Source of the DNA: the human T2T-CHM13v2.0 reference genome, Homo sapiens
Assembly: GCF_009914755.1 (NCBI RefSeq)
Contig: NC_060925.1
Strand: one strand, 5' to 3'
DNA: 64,000 nucleotides
Both the position numbers and the translations under genes were made by a program. Below the pieces are notes generated by a model. The model had not been told where the DNA came from. It ran no database searches and worked only from the letters and a program-made list of their open reading frames with translations. Of the stretch, positions 1 through 18,832 are shown piece after piece; within the stretch, counting starts at the first letter, position 1, and each line of letters starts with the position of its first letter.

Positions 1-604
1 TTTGGAACAGATGAATCCTGAGGTAGAGGAATCTGACCTGGGCTTTAGTGAAGTGTCCAAATCTCGATAGAGAGGGTCAGGAGGACAGGAGGCAGAACAC
101 GCTGAAAAGGTTATACAGCATCTAGTTGCTCTCAAAGATGTACTCCATTAGAAACGATGGGCCGGGAGTGGTGGTTCAGGCCTGTAATCCCAGCACTTTG
201 GGAGGTTGAGGCTGGTGGATCGCTTGAGCCTAGGAGTTCAAGACCAGCCTGGGCAACATGGCAAAACCCTGTCTCTACTCAAAATAAAAAAATTAGCCAG
301 GTATGGTGGTGCACACCTGTAGTCAGGAGGCTGAGGTGGAAGGATCACTTGAGCCCAGGAGGCAGAGGTTGCAGTGAGCCAAGATTGCACCACTGCACCC
401 TGGCCTGGGCGACAAAGACCTTGTCTCAAAAAGAAAAAACAAAAAGAAAGAAATGATGTTAATGACTATCACTTAACTTAGTGCCTACTGTTTGCAAAGC
501 ACTATGTTAAACCTTCAAATTTTTGTATCTTTTCCTCATGGAGACCTTCAAATTAGGTGGTATCATCCTTATTGACAGAAGAAGAAATTAAAGTTCACTA
601 TGCA

Positions 605-1490
<886 letters not shown>

Positions 1491-2199
1491 TTATTGTCAA
1501 GTAAAAATGAAATATGGACAAGGCAATAAAGAATAAAAATAAAATAGAGTGAAGCTTAGAAATATTAAATGCTTGTCTGAGACCACCCAGCTGATAAATA
1601 GCCAAGTTGGGAATTAGCCCCAGGTCCCCCTGGTTTGGCTTGCAAGTCCAGTGCTTGTCCCACCACGCCAGCTGTCAGTCATATGCTGGGAAGGGACCAG
1701 TGTGCTCCCTCCTTCTCCTTGGGCATGGGTGACTTAAGGGACAGAAGATCGATGCACTGGAGGTGAAAATCTACTGGATTTTCAAGCAGCTCTGGCAGCT
1801 GGCTGTTGTCTGTTGACTGTTCTCATGCCAGATTTCATGTCCGGAAGTACTTTCATGTTTTCTCTGCCCTCATCCGGGGAGCACTGAGCATTTTTCTTGT
1901 GACCTGAGGCTTAACCTCTGACTATTGTCATAGCCTCCTTGGTTTCTCCTCCCTTCAGACCAGCCTATGGCTGCCAGTGCTGTCCTTCCAGAGCAGCACA
2001 TTGCACGTATGAGGCAAACCTCAACCTCCCATCACCACACTTATCAACCTGGCTGTATCTTGGCCCATCTCTGCTGCCTTCTCTCCTAAGTGATTACCTG
2101 CTGCTGAGATGTGACCCCTCGACTGCATTCTATCCCTTTTTGCCCCCTTCACTGGTGTTATCAGTCTCCCTGTCTACTGAATTATCCCCATCAGCCATG

Positions 2200-5560
<3,361 letters not shown>

Positions 5561-5784
5561 TAATGATTTAATGGAGTCCTCCTCCCTCCTTGTAAACATA
5601 AAGCATGATTCATGAATTCTGTGTATAAAACGAATGAAGAGAATGGGAATGGGAGGAGCGGATAGGAGTGAAGGGAAGGGAGGAAACTAATGTTCATGGG
5701 CCTTTACTACTAGGTTTCCAACCCAGCACTCTGCTTAGTGCTTTATGTGGATTATTTTGCTGAAACCTCATAACTATCCTATGA

Positions 5785-6100
<316 letters not shown>

Positions 6101-7676
6101 TAATTTCCATTTTATAGGTGAGGAAACTCAGGCTCCAAGACGTGAAGTCACTTGTTTGGGTCATTCAGCCAGCAACCAGCAGAGCTGGATCTGCACCCAG
6201 GTCTAGCTGGCCCCTGAGGAGACTATTCTAACCACTAGACTCATATAGTCTGCACTCAGAGCTTCCCTGGGAATTTCTGCCTGAGGATGTAGCACCTTTC
6301 ACCTGCCAGTCTCAGGGACAGGGGTCCTGCCAGCCCTGCCGGCTTGATCTCAAAGGAAGGCCTATTGAAGTAACAATCAGAAGGAGCCTGTGGGCTGTCC
6401 ATGAAAGGGTGGTGGAGGGGTGTGGGAACAGGAGGTGCTTCTATTCCTAGCTGTTTGTAAACAGCATCCCGACAACCCGGCTTGTTCTTTCTGCAGTGGG
6501 CCCCAGGGACAGCTGAAGCCAAGCTCTCCCAAAGCAGCCTTGGCTTTTCTGAGCTTGTGCTGGGGTGGAAGCCTGCAGACAAGGAGAATCCACCTCAAAA
6601 TCTTCTCCTAATCTCCTTTCACTCTGTCTTTTTCCAACCCAGCAACACAGTTTGGGCCCCTGAGCCTGTGACATAAAATAAATTAGGCAGAGGCTCAAAG
6701 AAATCAGGCGGCTGGGGCCAGGCAGCGAGTAATTACATAAGCCCTGCCTCCCTGCTTTCCTTCCTCCCCTTCCCCTCTCTCTTCATCATTCCTTCACACT
6801 CACTGATGGTTTTTTTTTTTTTTAATTTCGTGAGAGATAAAATAATGTTGATTTGGCAGATATACAGGTACAAACTCTGAAGAGTTTAGAGTGAGGAAAG
6901 AAGGTCTCTCGTGATGTGCCAAACACTTTCAATGCCTCATCCTATTTAATCTTCACTATAACCCTTCAAGGATGATTTTATCATCCCCACTTGACAGGTG
7001 AAGTAATTGGGCCTCAAGAAGCTATGTTAATGAGATAGCATCGATAAAGCCTTTGGCTCCAGAAGGCACTCAATCAAGTTAATGTTCTTTCTTCCTTGGG
7101 TAACTTATTCCAAGTCACTGGATCAGTAAGGGGCAGGAGCAGAATTCAAACCTGGACCTATCTGATTCCAGACACCCCTGGGCTTTCTGTCTCACCGCAC
7201 TGCCCAGACACTAACAAGCCGTTGGGAGAACTGATGAACCGAATGGAGACCACTGCTCTTTTGCTGGTTAAACAAAAGTGGTCCAATAAATAAGGAAGGG
7301 CCTGATCTGGAAAGGCCTGCATTCTATGGCTCAGGATATTCCTGTTTATCCAACTTGGCAGGCATGTAAATATTAGCGTCGCCACTCCTGTCCCCCATGC
7401 ATGGCGCTGTGTGTTGTTCCTCTGCTCCTGCTGTGTGTGTGTGTGTGTGTGTGTGTATACACATGTGTGTAGACTGCCTATCTCTTGGTGTGCTTCATTC
7501 AGGCTCTGCACACTCTGGGCCCAGCTGTAGATATGCTGACACGGTCTGACAAAGATACTCTAAAGTCTCCTGGGGGAGAGAAAGAGAGACTGAAGGAGGA
7601 TAGACAGATAAGACCGGGGCTTTGTCCTCACCTTCTTGTCCCAGCCTGGGGACCATGAAGCTCCCAGAATCCCTGA

Positions 7677-8134
<458 letters not shown>

Positions 8135-8384
8135 TGAACCACGGCACCCGGCCTAACCAAGCTCTTATACCTACTGTCCCAGTAAGGAGAAGGCAGGCAC
8201 CCAGAGGGCAGCACTGAGGGTGGGAGCAGGCACTAATGCCTCACTTGCTCAAAGTCTTTTTTTTTTTTTTTTGAGATGGAGTCTTGCTCTGTCAGCCAGG
8301 CTGGAGAGCAGTGGCTCGATCTCAGCTCACTGCAACCTCCGCCTCCCGGGTCAAGTGATTCTCCTGCCTCAGCCTCCCAAGTAG

Positions 8385-8735
<351 letters not shown>

Positions 8736-10344
8736 TAGTAGAGATGGGGTTTCCCCATGTTGGCCAGGCTGGTAAAATTCTTTTTTTTTAATTTAATTTT
8801 TAATTTTTTAGAGATGGGGTCTTGCTATGTTGCCCAGGCTAGTCTCGAGCTCCTGAACTCAAGTGATCCTCCTGTCTCAGCCTCCCAAAGTGCTGAGATT
8901 ACAGGTATTAGCCATCACACCTGCCCTCAAAATTCTTTAAATATTATATACATACAGAAGAAAACGTATAATAACAATATTTAAAACAAACACCTGTGGA
9001 TTGTACCACCTAGTTTAAGAAACAAGCAGTTGCTTTTTCAAACTCTGGATGGAGGCAGTTTCAAATTTCAGGGCGAGATTTTAACAGTCTAACCCTCTCC
9101 GGTGTCTGCTTTTGCCTCCCTGGGTCAACAGGCCCCCGTCACCTCTTCTGCCCTCTTCACCCTAGCCTCCAGGGCTATTTTGGGTGTGTACCAGTTGGGG
9201 TTAATCTCCTTAAGCATTGAGCCGTGCTGCTCAGTGCACTCCTGATAGGTCCCAACCCTCTGCAAAGGGCATTCTGAGGGTTAGGCCGCCGGCCTCGGGC
9301 CTTCCCGGCCCCGTAGAGATACCATGGACACTGAGCTGTGAACTAGAACCGATGGGGGAGGGGGCTGCTGAGGCTGTGCAGGCAGTGGGAGTGGAAGGTC
9401 AGGAGGGCTCAGGCCCAGCAGCCGCTATTAGTAGGTTGCTTCGGGTTTGCTTCTCGAGTTTACCTCTAGGGAGAGCTTTCCTCCACCCCCACCAGCTCAG
9501 CTGCCCTGACCCTGGCTGGGTACAGGCGCTAATCCCCAGCCCCTGCTAACACCAGGGAGAAGGGAGGGGGAGGCAGGCTGGAGATTTTCTTTCCCACTTG
9601 GGAAGGAAAGAGGACACACAAGTTGACCGGTTGGGATCCGGTTCCTGAAACCTGAGACAAGGACAAGAGTTTCACTGAACCGTTGGCTACAGCTTGCCCA
9701 GGGGCTTTGTCTTCTACCTGGGCTGAAGGAGAGTTCCCGGATGATTAGGGCGGAGCTACACTGGCTGACAGGTCTGGCCCTTTAAAGGGAGGGAGAGAAG
9801 CTGGGGTCAATTCTTCCAAGTCCCACCTCTACCCTCCCCAATCCCCTGCTAACATTCACTCAACAAACAGAGGCTGAAGGCCTGCTGTGTGCTGGGCCCT
9901 GCATTTGCATTTTGCCCTCCAAGTCCCACAAGCTGGTGAGTGAGACAGCCCAAGAAAACAGATGATTATACAAAAGTCATGTCCCAAGGGCTTTGGTACA
10001 GACTGGTATTGGAGCGCTCAGACAAGGTGCCTGACCTTGAGGGAGTCCTGGAAGACTACCTGGAGGAAGTGGTACCTGAGACAGGCAGAACAAATAGGAG
10101 TTGACCTGGAAGAGGCAAGGGTGGAATATTCATGAAAAAGATGGTAAACAATCAGGAGGATCTCTGGAATATCCCATCCCTTGGAGGGAGACCCTGGAGG
10201 GAGAAGCAGGCCAAGGGCCCTCTGGCAGCCTAGACTCACTTTGCACAATAGCCAGAGTATGCATCTTGGGGCTGTCCTTCTGGGGAAAAGACAGACCTTA
10301 AGACTGTCTTAAGGCCAACCTCCCAATGTTGGTTTCTTTCTTTC

Positions 10345-10680
10345 TTTTTTTTTTTTAAATTTTATTATGAAAATTTTCGAACATACATACAAAAGTAGAA
10401 AAAATAATATAATGAACACCCATGTAGACCCATCACCCAGCTTCAACAATTGTCAACTGGTGGCCAATCTTGTTTCATCTATATATACCCCCACCCAGAT
10501 TATTTTAAGGCTAATTCCCAAAGCCAATAAATTTTTCCCATAAATATTTATGTATTTATGTCTAAAAGAAAAGAATCCTTTAAAAAGTATATCTGCAATG
10601 CCATTATCACACCTAAAAGAAATTAATAGAAATTCCTTAACAGCATCCACTATCTAGTCAGGATTTACTTTCCCTAATCC
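10345..10680 (-). mobile_element. L1MC-like 3' end fragment
   Basis: TTTTATTATGAAAATTTTC...AATGAACACCCATGTAGACCCATCACCCAGCTTCAACAATT signature; a related piece lies at ~62805-63040. Confidence 0.7.
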
Positions 10681-11384
10681 ACACTTAGTTTTTCTAGTTA
10701 TGTTCCTACTCATGGGGGCAGGGAGATGAACATTTGACAGAAGACTATTATATCAGCCAATATAAGAATTTGTGGTCTCTGCTCTGTAGCACTCTCTGAT
10801 GGTTCTATCCATGTGTGTTTTGCATGGAATCTAATTGGATTACAAATTCTTCAGGGCAGGGACTGACATTACTGTCTTTTTTGCACCCTAGTATGGCAGA
10901 GAGGAAGAAGCACTGATCTCAACTAATTAGCTGTGTGACTTTGGGAAGGTTATTCAACCTCTCTAAGATAATAGGAATAAAAATACACATCTCCCAAGAA
11001 TCGTAAGGCTTAAAGAAAAGGTGAATGTGCTCGGCATGTAGAAGTTTCTTAGTAAATGCTCATCTTGCTTTACTCTCTGTTTTGACCACTTTTCAGTTCC
11101 TCACATGGAGTGAAGGCCACCGTCAGTGAGGGCTGCAGCCAGGCCAGCAGCCTGGAGTCCACCTGCCCCCAGCACGGTGCTGTGTCTGTGGTGTTGGTGG
11201 TCCCCACTCTGAGCACCCAGGGGTTGCTTGTTTACTCGGGCCACTCATTAAACTGACAGGTGAGGCTTGCACAGCCCTCAGGAAACTGAGGGAAGAGAGG
11301 GGCTGGACAGGAGTAGAGATTTGCTTTCGGCCCACTTCACCGGTTTCTGGGTTCCTTGACTCAAATGAAGTAATAATTTCATAG

Positions 11385-11610
11385 CTGGCCTTGACTGAGT
11401 GTTTATGACACGCCAAGCTCTGTGCTAAGTGCTCTACCGCAGCACCGCTTTTAGTGTTCACAACCCTGTGAGATGGGTACTACTATCCATATTTTGTAGG
11501 TGATGAAACTGAGGCTTAGATTAGGTAACTTGTGACTTACACAGAGACACCATTACTCAAACCAGGTTTTTCTAATACTTAAATCCAAGTTCTTGGCCAC
11601 ACACTCACTA
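11385..11610 (-). mobile_element. MIR SINE (others at about 5690-6240, 6910-7170, 16140-16390, 18110-18235, 49835-50060, 63430-63560)
   Basis: MIR core such as TTTTGTAGGTGATGAAACTGAGGCTTAGA and TTTTACAGATGAGGAAACTGAGGCTCACAGAGGTTAA. Confidence 0.75.
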
Positions 11611-13748
11611 TTTTGTTAATGGTGCCAAAGAAGCCACCTTCTAGGGTTCATTCTCACCCAGATTTACAGAGATGACTTCTGCCCAGGCTCAGCATGCACC
11701 CCGAACTCCAGCCAGCCATTATGCCAATGTACGTCCCTGGACAGGGTGAGGAAGAGTGAGGGGATCAGAACAGCCTACATCCACAAGGGAAAACCGGACC
11801 TAAAGGCATCTCCTTACATCAAGGATGTACACACAAACACACACACCACTTCTATTTCTTGACTCGGGCTCTGTCCGCAGAACCAAGTGTGGACCTGGCA
11901 GGGGTGAGAGAGGTGAGGCAGGGGAGGAGACACTTGTCACGGTATTAACTGGCTGAATAAAAAGTCTATGATAGTGAAATTTCCAGGAACAGGAGAATCC
12001 TTCACACTCTTGCTTGTGATTAGACTGCTTTGTTTGACTTCAGCCTCAGGAGTACCTTTCTGAGCACTGGAAGCTACCGGACACAAGGCAGTCATGGGCC
12101 CAGAGCCTGCGACTGGGAGTGGGGAAGAGCAGAGTCAACGATTTCCAAGGGTGCCAAAGCCTTTGGCTGCATTTCATTTCTTTCTGTATGATTCCTGATA
12201 GCTGTGTTGGGGTACCGGGCCCTCACAGTAAGTGCTACCACTTTTTCTGTAAATGTTTTGGTTTTATTTATCATTATCATAGCTGCATCTGGGGCAACCA
12301 CCTTATGCATACAGGACAATAAATTCCTGAGCCTCCTGGCTTCCCTCCTTCCTCCCTCCTTCTCCCTCTTCTTGGCAAAGGCTTAAACATAGGTGGTGGG
12401 GCGGGGGGGGCGGTAGGGACAGAGACAGAGTTCCAGCTCCTCTTTGCTTCACCCCCTTCCCTCCTCCTCCCTTCTTTCCCATTGCTACACTAAAGGAGTC
12501 AGGGCTGTGTCCACCAATATGCTCTGTGACTAGCAGTCAACACAATTTCATACCCAGCCAGTCATTCCGCAGGCATTTTGGATGATAATGTTCCCATTCT
12601 CAGTTCCTCTGTGAGAATGTGCATGTCATTTGAAGCTCTGTGCCTCAGTTTCCATAGAAGTAAAACAAAAAGCAAGAATTGAGACTGATCTTTTTCTTGC
12701 AAGAATTCACAAGTAATGGATAATGTACAAGAGATGTGGCTGAATAAGAGAACTAGAACAAAGACTTGAACAATTTTCCTATGCAACACTCTTTCCCATG
12801 GACAAAGGTATCCCACAAAGTCATACTTCATCGGAGGCTAGTTTGTCCAAAGAAAACTCACATACCAATGCAATAGTGACAAAAAAAAAATTCCTCCATG
12901 CCAACTCAGGAAAACAGAAAGCAAGTTGTGCTTAAGCCCATTGTAGGTGTGGGCAGATGCTTCCAAAACCGTCACCCCTTTTCCCTCCTCTATGACTATC
13001 TTCAACCCCCAGCAAAGCGGCCTCGCCAGCTGCTAAAGGGTTAATTACCAAAAAGAGGGCATGCTCCCTCCAGAGGCTCCTCTGGAGAGTGCAAAAACAA
13101 AACAAAACCAAAAACCAACTAACCACAACAAAAAACATCTTCCCTGGGAATAAATTTGAAGCTTATCAGGTCTTTAAGCCACATTTCCCAGCCCATAGAC
13201 TCCTGGTCCCTGTCTCCCTTTGCTTTGGGAAACTCATTTACCCCCAAGCCTCCTGAAATGATCCATGTGCCGTGAGATGCCCATAGGGTTGGGGACTTGA
13301 AAATGAGTTATTCTCCCACAAAAAATGGCTTAGCTTTGTCTTTTTGGGTGGCTGACAGGAGACATAAAGTATCACTCTCTCTTTTTACCCCTCCTCACAA
13401 TAGGATGGAATGAGTGTGGAGAAAAACAAAGGTATTGTGGGACCAGGATGGAGTCAACTTGACAATGGACTCTTCAAGGACACCTTCCAGCTCCCATTCT
13501 ACTAGTAGCTCTATTTGATTTTGTGGGATGTTGTGTTCCTCCAACATATCCGACTTCTGCTTATAAAACAGAAATTAGGAGTAAGAGATTCGCACCGCTA
13601 GTTCAGTGGATAATCATCAGTTCTGAAGCATTAAAATCCTTTGCCAACAAGAACGTTTCTTCTAAGGAAGGAAGCATCCTAATCATGAAGCCAGGGTCTC
13701 CAGCCCTCCCCTGTCTCCCTCCTCCCCTCCAGGGCTGTGCTCACTCAC

Positions 13749-14009
13749 ATCCATGGACATCTCCCTCTGCATAAGTTTCTTGGTCTCCTTTTCACAGAAG
13801 TTGAGCATGGCCTCCCGGTTGTACACACCCGTGGACTGTTTCTCCGTCTGGTTTCTCTGCCGCAGCCCCACGGGAACACTCCCGTCTGGGTCCACCACGT
13901 CCAGCTCCTTCTCCAGCTCCTCCATCTCCTCGGGAGACAGGGTCTCCAGCAGGCTGTCGATGTCGGGGTCTTCACTCACCTGCCGGCGATATTTGGCTAC
14001 TCTAGACAT
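13749..14009 (-). CDS. LMOD1: Leiomodin-1, coding part of exon 1 (87 codons; tropomodulin/leiomodin N-terminal region)
   Basis: ORF MSRVAKYRRQVSEDPDIDSLLETLSPEEMEELEKELDVVDPDGSVPVGLRQRNQTEKQSTGVYNREAML...MSMD matches the LMOD1 N-terminus; ATG in GCCAAGATGT context; donor GAT|GTGAGT at 13748. Downstream exons lie left of the window, so 1-13748 is intron 1. Confidence 0.97.
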
Positions 14010-14420
14010 CTTGGCAAAATGGGCTGTGGCTGCCAGGGGCTATCAGAGTCCTGGTGGGCAGGGAAGGGAGAGGGGTGAGCTGATCTGGATGCAGCGAGTG
14101 GGCTGAGGAGCAAACCTCCTGCTGGTCGAGGACTGCAGCTCCTTGGCCCTTCTGTGCTACAGGTGCTGAAGTGTTCACTGGACGCAGCAGCCTCCCTGCA
14201 GCCCAGGGCTAGTGGACCCCGGCTGGTCTAATCAGCGGCCAATAAGACCCGACAACTGGCAGGCCCGGAGAGGAGAAGCCAATCCCCAAGCTGGGGGCGG
14301 GCCTACCTCGCTGTCAGAGCTGTTTGAAACTTGAGGACATTCCAGGGAATCTTGGAGCGCTGCGTGACCAAATTTAGTACAGAGCAGTTTAGCCTTTTAA
14401 AGACAAGGGGCCACGCAATG
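14010..14420 (-). promoter_or_regulatory. LMOD1: LMOD1 5'UTR and proximal promoter
   Basis: Repeat-free and CpG-containing; CCAAT at 14239-14243 and 14279-14283, GC box at 14293-14301, MCAT CATTCCA at 14338-14344, two CArG-like boxes. The exact TSS cannot be read from sequence. Confidence 0.8.
14368..14402. promoter_or_regulatory. Pair of CArG-like (SRF/myocardin) elements
   Basis: CCAAATTTAG (14368-14377) and CCTTTTAAAG (14393-14402), each one mismatch from CC(A/T)6GG; LMOD1 is a known SRF-dependent smooth-muscle gene. Confidence 0.8.
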
Positions 14421-14844
14421 AGAAAAAGATACAAAAATGCGTAGGCTGGCAGAAGCAGATCACAGCCACGGAGAGCCAGACAAGCAGGGACGAGGCCATG
14501 AGGGCCGGTGAACTCGCCAGCCCGGGGCACGTTCAAGAGCGTATTTTACTACTCCATCACCGGGTGGACGTATCACTGTGGTCAATGTGTGGTTCATGGA
14601 CTTCCTTCTACAGTATTTGGTAATGTGCTGGGGGGCTCCCAGGTGTATACAGCTCCAGGAAAGTCTAGATTCAAGATGAGGAGCTGTTACTCCTAACCCC
14701 CTGCCTACCCATTTTCTTTCTACCCAGGTTCTGCCAAGGAGGACCTGAAGGCTGAGCATCAGAGGCTCCAGGATCCTTTGGCCACTTCTTAAGAGAGAGA
14801 CAGGAGACAGAAAGACAAACTTAGAGATAGAGATAGCTAGGCAG

Positions 14845-14846
14845 GA

Positions 14847-14896
<50 letters not shown>
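14845..14896. repeat. (GA)n microsatellite upstream of LMOD1
   Basis: About 22 uninterrupted GA units. Confidence 0.95.
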
Positions 14897-14899
<3 letters not shown>

Positions 14900-15801
14900 A
14901 ATCCTTACTGTGTACCAAAACTGAAAACTGGCAGGCTGTTTGGGAAAGAGAGAAGGATCTGCAGAAGTCGGGAAACTCTTAAAGGGCTGTCACTTTCCAT
15001 GAAGTTCCAAGGCTCTTGGGAAGAGGGTTCAAACCTCCCCCTGTTGTCATCTGTTTCTTCCTCTGCCGGGCATCTGTAGACAGACCTCCTTTGGGAGCAC
15101 AGAGGCAGGTCACCACCCACATATAAATCCAGAGCACGATTTAGTATGTCTTCAGGGAAACAGAATTCTGGGCCGTCGGGAGAGATACGATTGCAACAGG
15201 TCTGGCATGTTTCATAGAAGGGCTTTCCACTGCTCATCCATCATGCTGCCCTGCACAAGTCACAGAGACATTCAATCCCCTGCCCCCCTTCCTCCTGCCA
15301 CAAAATCCCTTCTAGAAGCCCTGGTGTAACCCATCAGGGTAGATGCTTCGATCTTTCCTGGCATCTTTCCATCCTAAGCCAGAGAGAGACAGTCACTTGA
15401 TCAGCATTTGCTGAGTCCAGGGATCGTCTGGGACTAAAACTTGGCCGTGCCATTTAATGTCCACTAGTCCAACTTTAGGTTAAGGCTGAAGAGGGGAATG
15501 GTGTCCACTGGGGGGACTGAAGGGCAGAAGGAAGGCAGGCAGACTTGATAGGAAGAGTGGAAGAAGACTTTAGGGAAACCTGGGGGTTGTCATTTTAAGA
15601 GTCAGTAGCCAACTTATTGGTCAAACCGTAGGTATATATTTATTGAGTGATTTATCAAGTGCCTATTATATATCAGGCATTGTTCTAAGAGCAAGAGATA
15701 TCACTAAAGATACAAAATCAGGCCAGGTGCAGTGGCTCATGTCTGTAATCCCAGCACTTTGGGAGGCCAAGGCAAGAGGATTGCTTGAGTCCAGGAGTTC
15801 A

Positions 15802-15966
<165 letters not shown>

Positions 15967-16010
15967 CTACTGTACTCCAGCCTGGGCAACAGAGTAAGAC
16001 CCCATCTCAA

Positions 16011-16012
16011 AA

Positions 16013-16084
<72 letters not shown>
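16011..16084. repeat. (AAAG)n STR derived from an Alu tail
   Basis: About 18 perfect AAAG units directly after the Alu 3' end. Confidence 0.95.
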
Positions 16085-16351
16085 GTGAGCAAGCACAGGG
16101 GCTATGGGAAAACACAACAAGAGGAGGCTGAATAGAAGTATGATTTAACAGTGAAGAGCTTGGGCCTTTGAGGCCAATAGACCTGTATTTGGTCCTGGTA
16201 TTGCTACTTACAGGCCATGTGACTTGGGCAAGCTACCTTCTTTTCTGAGACTTGAGTTCATCATCTGTAAAATAAGGACAACAGTTATACCAACCTTATA
16301 CAATTGTTGTGAATATTAAATTAGGTCCTACACATGACAACATTTCATTGA

Positions 16352-16704
<353 letters not shown>

Positions 16705-16798
16705 TAATTATTATTTACTCTTGTCCTGGGTTCTTTTCTTCCCATCCCACCTTTTCTCTCATCTTTTTATTTCTTTCTCTCAAGAGTAAACACCCTCT

Positions 16799-16799
<1 letters not shown>

Positions 16800-16833
<34 letters not shown>
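16800..16833. repeat. (CA)n microsatellite; another (TG)n lies at ~7433-7456
   Basis: Read directly from the sequence. Confidence 0.95.
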
Positions 16834-16836
<3 letters not shown>

Positions 16837-18529
16837 TCTCACCTGGTTCTCATTCATTCATTCAAACATTTATTCAGATACTACTATTTATATATAGCAT
16901 CCTGCCAGGCACTACAACATTGTCATTACAACATTGTTATTCTCTTAAACATGTATAATTCAATGGGGTAAAAAATAATAATAACTACACTGTAAGGCAA
17001 AGTGAAGCAAGCTAGAGAGGTACAAGGAGTCTTGCAGAGAGGTCCAACTGTTAAAAAACCCAGTGGAAGACACATTAATTTTGTGGGGAGGAGTCAGGGT
17101 GGTCATCTCAGAGGGCATAACAAAGGGTTTCAGCCATGCTGGAGTGGGCTTTTAGTTAGGTATGTTGGGTGGACATGGCACTCCCTATGCCCATCCCCTC
17201 CCCCTGTACCCCCTTTGGGTCAGCTGGCCTTCACCCTCAGTGTTGCCCAGAAAAAAGCATCATCTTCTGGGGTCCCTGGCTCTAGGACCTCAGCCAACCT
17301 CTAGCCTCCCAGTCAGCTGAAAGCAATTCTCTTTCTAGTTTCCAAGGACTCTTTCTCAGGCTTTTTGCCAAAAATATTCACTGCTCCCTGAGGAGCAGTC
17401 AGGGCCTAAAAGCAAATCACTACCTTCAGCCCCAGGGTTAGCCCTGTACCATCTGGTTTCAGTGGTTTTCTTTTTTGGGCCCAGTGGTCTCTGCTCCAGG
17501 AAGACACTCAAAAAAATAAATCCATAGCTTTCAAATGTAAAGGGCAGGACTCATGCCTCCTAACCAAAGGTTTCTACACATTAACCCCAGTATCTTCTCT
17601 GTGTCAGGTCTCCCAATTCCAAATCGCTGGTTCTTCTGACATGACTCAGTCAGAAGCTTTTTACTCCCTGGAGCCCCAAGAGCTCCCTGACACTGCTCAC
17701 AGACTCCAAAAGTCTTCCCTTGAAAGGCATCACAGCTGGAGCTGGAGGATTTGGGAACCCAGAGGCCAGGGAGTACAGCCACCTCCAGCCCCTACAATGA
17801 GAGGCCACTGCCCGACCCACTCTGTAGGGAGCACTGGTTGTTCCAGCTCAGAATCAACTTCCACCTGAAACAAATCCATCCTGGGTATCAGGACCCTGGC
17901 CGTTGTCTATTCCCCAGAGAAAAACAAGCACTGTTGTCGCTAGAGGGATGGGGAGAGAAAAGAAGGAAAAGAGACTCAAAGCTCCAATCAAAATGTGGTG
18001 CAGGGCAGGAGGGAAGAATGAGGATCCAGAACCAATTTAATTAATGCTTAGGTGGCTCTCAGTTGGGCTGAATGACCCCAGGAAAGTCACATTTTCAGGA
18101 ATATAGGGTGGCAGTATAGTATAGCAGATAAGACTACAGGCTCTGGAGTCAAATGACATGGGCTCAAATCTGAGATGTGTGACCTTAAGTAAGTTATTTA
18201 ACCTCTCTGAGCCTTAGGCAATGGAAAATGAGGATATTAAGAGCATCTACGAGCTGGGTGCAATGATGTGTGCCTGTAGTCCCAACTACTTGGGGTGCTG
18301 AGGCGGGAGGGTTGCTTAAGCCCAGGAGTTTGAGTCCAGCCTAGGGAAAATGTGAGACTCGTCTCTAAAACAAAACAAAACAAAACAAAACAAAACAACA
18401 AAAAACCAGACCGGGCATGATGGCTTATGCTTGTAATCCCCACATTTTGGGAGGCCGAGGAGGTGGGATGAATGTTTGAGGCCAGGAGTCAAGATGATCC
18501 CAGGCAACAGAGTGAGACCCCATCTCTTA

Positions 18530-18832
<303 letters not shown>

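Noticed and set aside
13737-14106. Plus-strand ORFs opposite LMOD1 exon 1
   Set aside because: Antisense shadows of the LMOD1 CDS.
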